Notes under the pieces: model-generated
The model's input: the letters and a program-made list of their open reading frames with translations, nothing else
Told to the model about the DNA's origin: nothing
Databases searched by the model: none
Shown here: positions 1 through 8,100 of the stretch, in pieces
How positions within the stretch are numbered: the stretch's first letter is position 1
Layout: every line of letters begins with the position of its first letter
Assembly (NCBI GenBank): GCA_000388065.2
Contig: KB932206.1
Length of the DNA: 22,466 bases
Source: Fonticula alba ATCC 38817
Lineage: Eukaryota > Protista > Nucleariida
Strand: one strand, 5' to 3'
Program-made: the position numbers and the translations under genes

Positions 1-1056
1 TCGCTTCCCGAGGTGATGACCTTCCTGGCGCACATGGAAACCACCGTGGCCGACCTTCGGGGGCACTTGCCAGCTGCGGCGGCGGCGGCGGCGGCCGAGG
101 AGGATGCGGCTCGAGCACGGGCGGCCCTCGACCGAGCGGATCGCCAGCTCCGTGCCCTGGCCCGGCGACTAGACCAGCTTACCGCCGCCGAGTTGGCGGC
201 CATGGACCTGGTGGAGGCCCTGCACCAGGAGTCTGACAGCCTGTTCAAGCGCCTGGCCAAGGCCGAGGCGGGGCTGGGCGCGGCGCGGGCCGAGCATGCC
301 AGCGAGGTGGCCCTGCTCCGGGGCGTGTACACCGAGCAGGTGAACAGTGCGCAGGACTTGGCCACCGGGCGGGCCAAGCAGCTGGCCGCCCTGGAGGAGC
401 GCATCGCCGAGCTGGAGCAGAGCTTCCGCCAATGCCAGGCGGAGCTCGGCCGTGAGGCGGCCTTGCGGGCCTCCAGCCAGGCGGAGCTCCAGGCCACGCG
501 AGACGAGGCGGCCGGTCTCGCGGCGGCTGCCTGTGCGGCGGCGAACTCGCGGGCCGCCGCGGCCGAGGCAGCCCTCCAGGCACACCAGGCACAGGCGGAT
601 GCCATGCGTGCCAGTGGTGACCGCGCCCTGGCGGACCTCCGCCGGGAGCTGGCCGCGGAGCGCGAGCACCGTACCCGGCTCGAGGAGCGAGCCGCCGCCC
701 TCGGGCGATCGGCGTCCGTTCCACACGCCGCCGGGGCGGGCGGATCCGCCGGGCCGCCTGCGGGGCCCACCGGCTCTGTGCCGGATCTGGCCGCGCGCTT
801 TGCCACCTCCGAAGACCAGAACCGCAAGCTGCGCCTGTTGATCGTGTCCCTGCGCAAGGAAATGTCCCGGACCCAGGCGGAGCTTCATCGGCTGCAGGGC
901 GCCGGGGCGCCGGATGGCCCGGCCGACCGGCAGCTCAAGCGCCCGCTGGGTACCGACCACCTGGAGGCCGCCGGCGTCGATCGGCCAAGCCTCCCGCCCG
1001 CCCTGCGCCGGGATGCCTCCCTGCCGGCCTCCGATCCCGGGGGCGCTCCTCCCTGA
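1..1056 (+). CDS. 3' part of an alanine-rich coiled-coil protein gene; probably starts upstream of the window
   Basis: Frame is open from the window edge (SLPEVMTFLAHMETT...) to TGA at 1054-1056. Codons are strongly GC3, and heptad-like segments are present (LRALARRLDQL, LEERIAELEQSFRQCQAEL, EDQNRKLRLLIVSLRKEMSRTQAELHRL). No family recognised. Confidence 0.7.
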   Translation, partial: SLPEVMTFLAHMETTVADLRGHLPAAAAAAAAEEDAARARAALDRADRQLRALARRLDQLTAAELAAMDLVEALHQESDSLFKRLAKAEAGLGAARAEHASEVALLRGVYTEQVNSAQDLATGRAKQLAALEERIAELEQSFRQCQAELGREAALRASSQAELQATRDEAAGLAAAACAAANSRAAAAEAALQAHQAQADAMRASGDRALADLRRELAAEREHRTRLEERAAALGRSASVPHAAGAGGSAGPPAGPTGSVPDLAARFATSEDQNRKLRLLIVSLRKEMSRTQAELHRLQGAGAPDGPADRQLKRPLGTDHLEAAGVDRPSLPPALRRDASLPASDPGGAPP

Positions 1057-1727
1057 GTCGCACCATCCCCCCCCCCCCCCTTCCCGGAGAATATACCTTG
1101 TCCTTGCGCCCCTCTCTTCGTCGCCGGGTTTTGTTGCGTGGCGCTCCCCCCGGCCCTTCCGCTGTCCCGGGTGTAGGGGGGGGGGGGGGGGGGAGCGTTT
1201 GCGCGCGGTCAAAGTTTGTTTGTTTTTTTCTCCGCCCTCCGCACGATGGCCGGCCCTTTTTCCCCGGGCTCTGTGCCGCGGCATCTTGTGCCTTGCTCGT
1301 GCGGACCTCCTCGACGGGTGTGCCCCCCGGCAGGTCGCGGCCGATCGTGGCCGAGGCCGGCGGCCACGGCCCGTGGGCACTAAGGTCCCAACGGAATTGC
1401 GTTTCACATGCCTGAGTAAGTGATGGTTGAAGCCGGGGGGGGGGGCGTCTGCCAGGAAGCAGCTCGACGCCGTCCGGGTTCCGGCCGCCGGGAGGGGGGC
1501 GAGTCGGCGCGCGCGCGCGGGGCCAGGACCGCTCCCTCGTCCTAGACCGGCGAACCTGCCCGGGAGGAGGGCCCCGGATCGCCTGCCCCCGAGTTGGCCC
1601 GCAGCTGCCCGCTGAGCGGGGCCTATTTGGGCCGGCACCGCGCGCGCCCTGGGCCGGCTCGAGGCCCGACCACCGCGAGAAAGTGCTTTTGCCCCGTCTT
1701 GCTCCTCCCTCCTCCTTGCCAGTCACA

Positions 1728-2577
1728 ATGAAGATATACACCCGCCGCGGCGATTCTGGTATGTGCCCGAATTCCTGCCTCTCTCTCTCTCTCTCCCCTC
1801 CCCCCCCCCCCCCCCCCCCCCTTGTCCAATAGAATGGTCTCCGAGGCTTCTGGCTGCCGCTGCTGCCGGCCTGTGCTGCCGGCCTGTTTGTTTTTGTTTG
1901 CTGCCCGCCCCTCCCGGTCCCTCTACTCCGTGTGCTGCCACACGGGCCCACATGCATCGGTGATTGTGTGCCCACGCGTGCCAGGATATGGGGGGCATCC
2001 ACTGGGAGTCTATCGGCGTACATGCGCACATGCACACACATGCACACACATACATGTGTGTGCATGTGTGCACCTGTCAGAGCCCCATCTGACGGAGATG
2101 CGTACAAAGGTGTGTGTTGAAGTGCTGCCGGAGGTCGGCCGCGAACGACACCGCGCATGCCTTGACCGACTCCTCATCCGAGCTGCTGGCGCCTGCTTGG
2201 CCCAGCGAAGCGGCCATCAGGTCCGGCTGGAACCGGCTCAGGTGCATGGCGGTTCTGGCCAGGAGAGCGCCCAACTGCCTCTGCGAGTGGCGAACGCGCG
2301 GCTCGTTGGCCGGCGGGCCAGACCAGGCATGGCGGGCAGCAGTGTCCCGGCTGGCGGCATTGGCGGCCGTCATTGCTGGCTGTTCCAAGCGATTTCCCCG
2401 AAGGAGTCGCCTCAGATCCGCCGGCCGAAGGAGTTGCCGCATGCCGGCCGCCGGGGTGAGGAAGACCAAATGCACAAACGCCTCGAAGCCGAGCCTGTCG
2501 AGAGGGGATGGGCGCATGCGCATGCGCATGTGTGTGTGTGTGTGAGATGGGCTTGAGCTTCCCCCCCNNNNNNNNNN

Positions 2578-2625
<48 letters not shown>

Positions 2626-4483
2626 GGCCACTCACCTCGTTGCCCGTCTCCCCTGCCATGTGCAGGGACCTCGAGCCTCTACAATGGGACTCGCGTGTCC
2701 AAGTCCGACCCCGTCTTCCTGACCATGGGCCATGTTGACACGTTGAACTCCAGCATCGGGTGCGTATTGTGACGGTGCCGCTCGCGCGCACGCCGCCTGG
2801 CCTGCCACCTGCTCGACTTGCACCCTGCTGCCAGGCGCTCCTGTCCGGACTGACTCTCCTGCTTCGGGATGTGACGCAGCGTTGCGATTCAGTTCCTCAC
2901 CAGCCACAAGGACAAGAAGATGATCGCCGACCACCTGGTGTTGGTACGCCTCGCGGCCCGCCGCTGCCGCTCTCGCCGTTGCTCCTGCCGCCGCGCCTGC
3001 CCACATGCTGACCGCGCCTCCGCGCCGCACCCATAGGTCCAGAATTGGCTGTTCGACCTCGGGGCCCACATCGCCACCCCGCGGACCAGCTCCAACCCCA
3101 CAAAGATCAGTGCGTGCCGGGCTCCCGATGTGCCCCTCCTGTCCCCTCGCTGCTCACCGTCCCCGAGCCGGGCATTTTCCTGACCCCCCCCCCCCCCCCC
3201 CCCCCCCCCCCTTGCTGCCCCGGGGCACCCCCAGACGCCACCCAGTTCGACGATGATGGCATGCTGGCCACCCAGCTCGAGGAGTGGATCGACGACATCA
3301 GCGCCCGGCTTCCGCCGCTGAAGAACTTCATCCTCCCCTCCGGCGGCTACGCCTCGTCCCATCTCCACATGGCCCGGTCGTACTGCCGCATGGTCGAGCC
3401 CCACCTTGTGACGCTGGTGGTCGACCGCCAGGACTGCCATCCCTCCAGCCTGGCTTTCATCAATCGGTGCGCCCCCGTCGCGACCGGCCGGCCCTTTCGG
3501 CTGCACCCCGCGCCATCCGCTGACCGTCCTCCCTTCTCCCCCGCCCGCGCCCCCCCTCCTGGGGGTTGCCCTGCTGCTCGGGCCACAGGCTGTCGGACTA
3601 TTTGTTCGTTGCCGCGCGTCTTGCCTCGCAGGCGGATGCCGTGCCGACGGCCACCTACCAAAAGCGTCTGCTGACCGGGGCCGCGGTCCAGCGCCGGCGG
3701 ACCACCACCTCCGCCCCGGCAGGAGGTCTGCGCTTTTTGATGCTGCTCCTGCTGGCTTTCTGTGTGGCCACCTTCGTGCTGGGGGCGGTTCTCCTGACCA
3801 CGGTTTTGACGGTGGCTCCGCGGGACATGCAGGTGGATATCATCGCCGGGACCATGACGCACCCGATCTTCCTGTATCGGCTGCTGTCGCTGGCGGCCGG
3901 CGCGGCCGTGGCCAACCTCCCCCGGGTCCTCGGCCCGCTGGCTGCCATGCACCATGGTGCCATGCAGCTGGCAGGTGATCTGGTGGCTCGCGGCCCGGCC
4001 GACGCGGTGAGTCGCCTTCGTGAGCAGGCGGCCACCCTGCCGGCCCATGGGGCGGCGCTGGCCCGGTGGTCGGCGGCCGAGACGGCGGCCGTGGCGGCGC
4101 ACGCGCGCGCCACCCTCCCCAGCCTTCTGGGGTCCACCTTTGCCGAGGCCTACACCCAGTCGTACCAGCTGGCCGAGAAGGCCATCCTCCCGAGCCTGGA
4201 CTCCGGGAAGCAGTGGTCCGTCGCGACGGCGGCCCACTTCGCCCCGGCGGTGGTCGTGCGCCTGGAGCAGGCTCGCGACCAGTACCTGGCTCCGGCGCTG
4301 GCTCAGGCGGGTCGACTGGTCGGCGAGGCTGATCGCCAGGTTCCGCAGGTCCGCCGGGCCTTCATGGCGTCCGTTGACTTCCTCAACGACCGGATTGGCC
4401 ATCTGATCCAGCCTCCCGGCGGCACGGGGTCCAAGTGCGGCACGGCCAAGCCCCTGCGCCACCTGACCCCCTTCGGCAACTGA
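1728..4483 (+). CDS. MMAB: ATP:cob(I)alamin adenosyltransferase (PduO/MMAB type) with long C-terminal membrane/helical extension. Exons 1728-1758, 2666-2759, 2880-2943, 3037-3109, 3235-3466, 3589-4483
   Basis: All junctions are GT-AG and phase-compatible. Spliced product: [11 protein letters not shown]|[31 protein letters not shown]|[21 protein letters not shown]|[24 protein letters not shown]|NATQF...[34 protein letters not shown]...FINR|[10 protein letters not shown]. This matches the family motifs KIYTRTGD, Q..LFDLG, LPPL..FILP and NRLSDYLF. The 3' end is less certain because it may splice on to 4739-4900. Confidence 0.92.
2077..2494 (-). CDS. TERT: Probable terminal exon of TERT (C-terminal extension/thumb)
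   Basis: Acceptor ccctctcgacAG at 2496-2495, then G CTC GGC TTC GAG... ([12 protein letters not shown]...[15 protein letters not shown]). Its first G completes the TG|gtgcgc phase-2 end of the TERT exon at 5130, giving [12 protein letters not shown]. This resembles the human TERT CTE segment VQWLCHQAFLLKL. An internal gtacgc donor near 2105 could extend it further. Confidence 0.75.
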
Positions 4484-4500
4484 TGGCCGCCATGCCCACC

Positions 4501-4506
4501 GGTGGC

Positions 4507-4536
<30 letters not shown>
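4501..4536 (+). repeat. (GGTGGC)n hexamer microsatellite
   Basis: Five GGTGGC units followed by GGTGGT, read directly. Confidence 0.9.
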
Positions 4537-4537
<1 letters not shown>

Positions 4538-4729
4538 CCTGACGCCCGCGGGACTTGGTCCGGGGTCGATGAGTCACACGTTCCGGGCTTCCCGCATGTC
4601 CCCCCCCCCCCCCCCCCTCGGGGGACTGCCCTCGCCGGAGAGCCCGATCCAGAGCCCGGGCGCTCTGGGCTCGCCACGAGGCGTTACGACAATTGTGCGC
4701 CAAGAAGGAGGACTATTCGGGGCGGGCGA

Positions 4730-4900
4730 ATGACTAGACCGACAATTGGCGCGGAGGGCCGTCTGGTCCAGGAGGAGCGCCGCTACTTCAAGCAGCAGGA
4801 GATCACCCGGCCAGCCTCCCTGCCTCAGGATGCCGTCGTGCCGGAGGCCACCCGGTTGGCGGCCACCAACCACTATCTGGCCCCCTCTGGCTCGTCCTAA
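4730..4900 (+). CDS. 56-codon ORF or terminal exon of unknown function (MTRPTIGAEGRLVQEERRYFKQQEITRPASLPQDAVVPEATRLAATNHYLAPSGSS*)
   Basis: Strong GC3 coding-like codon usage, ending at TAA 4898-4900. An intron-like poly-C tract lies upstream (about 4590-4617). Confidence 0.45.
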   Translation: MTRPTIGAEGRLVQEERRYFKQQEITRPASLPQDAVVPEATRLAATNHYLAPSGSS

Positions 4901-5084
4901 GCTGGTGCCGNNNNNNNNNNNNNNNNNNNNNNNNNNNNNNNNNNNNNNNNNNNNNNNNNNNNNNNNNNNNNNNNNNNNNNNNNNNNNNNNNNNNNNNNNN
5001 NNNNNNNNNNNNNNNNNNNNNNNNNNNNNNNNNNNNNNNNNNNNNNNNNNNNNNNNNNNNNNNNNNNNNNNNNNNNNNNNNNNN

Positions 5085-5120
5085 TCAGCGATGGCAGTCT
5101 AGCGGTCGGGAGAAGGGGGG
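5085..5120. repeat. 36-nt sequence duplicated at 6325-6360
   Basis: tcagcgatggcagtctagcggtcgggagaagggggg occurs at both positions, each near the 5' end of a TERT intron. Confidence 0.9.
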
Positions 5121-5129
5121 CGTGCGCAC

Positions 5130-8100
5130 CAGATGACCAACGTCCGGTGGAGGCCGGCCCGGCGTGCGAGGGTCTGCTCGGCCGTCAGAGGGGAGGACGG
5201 TTCGTGGGCCGGGATTTCGCCGAGGATCTCCGAGGAAAAGACATGGAGCGCGTCGTAAATAAGTGCTGCCGGGGGCGGGCCTGTCAGTCGGAGCGTGGAG
5301 CCCCCCTTCTTCAAGGAGGGAGCAAGAGGAGCATTGGCCGAGGGAGCATCGGCCGGGGGGGGGGGGGGGGGACCAGCGCACAGGAGAGCAAAGACACCGA
5401 GGGCATGTGGAAGCCCTGGACCAGGGCCAACTCGGCCAGAAGGGACACGGCACACCGGTAGAAGCCCAGGTAGAGCATCTCAAAGAGGTTGAGCATCAGC
5501 CCGAAGGAGGGAAGCGGCGAGCTGGCAAAGGCCCCAGTGGCCAGGCAGGTGCGCTGTTGCGTGACCGCCTGCGTTGTGAACATCGGCACTATCTTGAGGC
5601 GCGGGCGGAGGAAGCGTTTGAAGAGATTCAGGAAGATTGACCGCAATGGCGGCGTCGAGCCGGCCAAACGGCGCGGCAAAGTCAGGTAGTGGCTGGCGGC
5701 TAAGGGGCGGCGGTCAGAGGGGGGAACGAGAGAGGAATTTCACCCCGTGCTGTCTCCCCGCGAAAGGAGCAGGAGCTTGGGGGGGGGGGGGGGGCAGCCG
5801 GGGGGTATTGCGGGTCCGCTTCCGAGCGTACCATTATCCGCCTGCTTGCGGTAGCTCACCCGGACGGACAAATCCGTCAAGTCCAGGCTCAGCCCGCACC
5901 ACAGGAAGGCTGAGGCAGAGGGGGAGAGGACGGCACCCAGGCAGCCGGAGATACAAGAGAGAAAGTCAGACACACAGCAGAGCAAAAGCGAGGGGGGGGG
6001 GGGGGAGGGGGCCTGTGCAGCGCGGGCCTCGTCCCAAACCAAGAAGACACACCGGTTGGCGAGCACACGGGGATGGCGGGCTGTGTCACGAAGCTCGGAC
6101 TGAAGGACATCTGCGACTTGCTCACGCTGATCTGGAGGTTGTACTTGGCAAAAACACCATCTGCCAGGCGGCGGTACAGCTCCTCGGCTTTGTTGCGGTC
6201 GGAGGTGATGAACATCACATCGTCCACATAGCACAGCAGTTGCTGCGAATGTATGCATATTTGTAGGCATGTGTGTGTGTGTGTAGCGCACGTGCGCACG
6301 GTTGCAGCATTAGGCACGCAGGCGTCAGCGATGGCAGTCTAGCGGTCGGGAGAAGGGGGGGGGGCAAGAGTACGCACGGAGTCCGAGCTGCCCAGCAGGT
6401 CGCCCAATTCCGCCTGCAGAGCATGGCCGACGTATGCGCGACAGACCAGGGTTCCGATGGTCGACCCTTGGGAAATGCCCCGCTGTTGGAGGTAGTACTT
6501 GCGATCGAACTGTCCGGCCGGTGGGACCGCAGAGAAGGACAGAAAGCCCGCCAACCGCGTATACGTACACACACACACACACATGCACACATGCGCGTGT
6601 ACACACGTATCGATGTGTCAGAAAAGCACACACACACACACACGCGCAAGTGATTGTCTGAAAAGTACGGCCCGTGGGAGGTATGTCCCACCATCGACCG
6701 TGTGGCCAAACGCACCCTGATGACATTGCGCTTGACATGGTCGGCGAGGTCCTGCAGCAGCGAGGCCTTGGTGGCCACCCAAGACCAGGATATGTCCGTG
6801 TGGATGCCCTGCTGCACGGGAAGCAGTTGCTCCGGACTGGCCGCATCCGCCGACAGGCGAGCCTGGCGCCCACGGACGCCTTGGGCATTGGTACACCGGA
6901 AGCACACGGACCCGAGGGCCTCGGAGAAGGCCCGGCCGAGAACCACATCCGCCAGGATGGGGGGCCGGTCAAGCCCCGTTGCCAGGGAGGTGCGCTTGCG
7001 GTTGAGGGACCTGCTCTGGGTCGTTCCCGACCGCTCCGGGGACAGCGTGTAGATTTTCATCAGCGAGTAGCGCTCCGACAGAAGGACCTGATCGCGGATG
7101 ATGCGGATGATCCGATCGGAGTCGAAGGAATCGTATGCGGCGCTGATGTCGAAGGAAATGGCGAACAGCCGCGGCAGTGTGCCACCCGGAGCTACCGAGC
7201 GCGCGAGGGCAGGGCCCGGCACATGAGGCCGGCACACCGGGCACACAGAGAGCAGCGAGTCAGCAGAGGGCACAGTCGGGCCGAGGGGAGTGGCGCCGGT
7301 GTGGGTACATGCATGCATGCGTTTTGCGTATGTATGTGTGTGTATGTATGTGTATGTATGTGTGCGCATGCGCATGCGTGTGTGCGTGTGTGTGTATGGC
7401 CATCGGGAATGTGCGCCTGCGCAGGTCACGTACCAGCCGTGCCCGGTGTGGAAAAGTGCTGCTTGAGTACCGGGATGAGTCGGTAGAGGTTCTGCATCCC
7501 GAGGAGGGTCCCGCGGAAGATGTCCCCCGGCACGGAGCGGCATTGTGTGCATAGCTGCCGGAGGTAGGCGGCATCGCGCGACACGAAGAACTCCGACCGC
7601 CGGCGCGACTCGTACGTCAGCACAGCAAACAGGGCTTCCAGGCGCGATCGAACGCTTTTCGCCCCATCCGACTTCACTGAGGACTTGTTGTGAGGGGGGG
7701 GGGGGAGGGGCAGCAGCCGGGACGTGTGGTCAGCACAAAAGCAGGCCCACCCAACCCACGTCCAAGGGGTCAAGCGGCAGGGAGTTCCGCAGGGGGACAG
7801 GAGGAGACCGGCGAGCAGGCCGGCACGGCGAGCATGCGAGCAGTGTCCCGCCCCCTCCCTCGGACGGACGGACGTACGGGCGAGTATTTTTGCCGGCCCA
7901 TGTTCAAGATTGGACGCAGGCCGCCATGCGAGCTGCCCGGCATTTTCTTCGGCAAAAAGCGAAGGTGCGAGAAACCGACCTTGGTGGAGGCGATAATGCT
8001 CATGGCCTGGGCCTGCGAGAGTGCGTCAGTCAAGCGAACCGCCAGCAGGCTGGGCAGGCAAGGGGGAGAAGAGGGGGGTGGGGGCGGGCGAGAGAGAGAG

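Noticed and set aside
169-1638. 489-aa minus-strand ORF and the other long Arg/Pro/Gly-rich ORFs (e.g. 12144-13751, 16510-18705)
   Set aside because: Antisense shadows of real exons or stop-poor GC-rich sequence. Some run through N gaps. No motifs and no splice logic support them.
1822-2556. Plus-strand 244-aa ORF inside MMAB intron 1 as an extra MMAB exon
   Set aside because: MMAB exons 1 and 2 join perfectly without it. The minus frame is phase-matched to TERT and reads as more protein-like.
2631-2660. Minus-strand mini-exon MAGETGNE with a GTGAGT donor splicing to 2494
   Set aside because: It gives a phase-0 frame (ARLRGVCAF...) that is not protein-like. The apparent donor is the reverse complement of the MMAB branch-point region (actcac).
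4501-4536. Short tandem repeats as a CRISPR-like array
   Set aside because: Simple microsatellites with no unique spacers, in a eukaryotic context.
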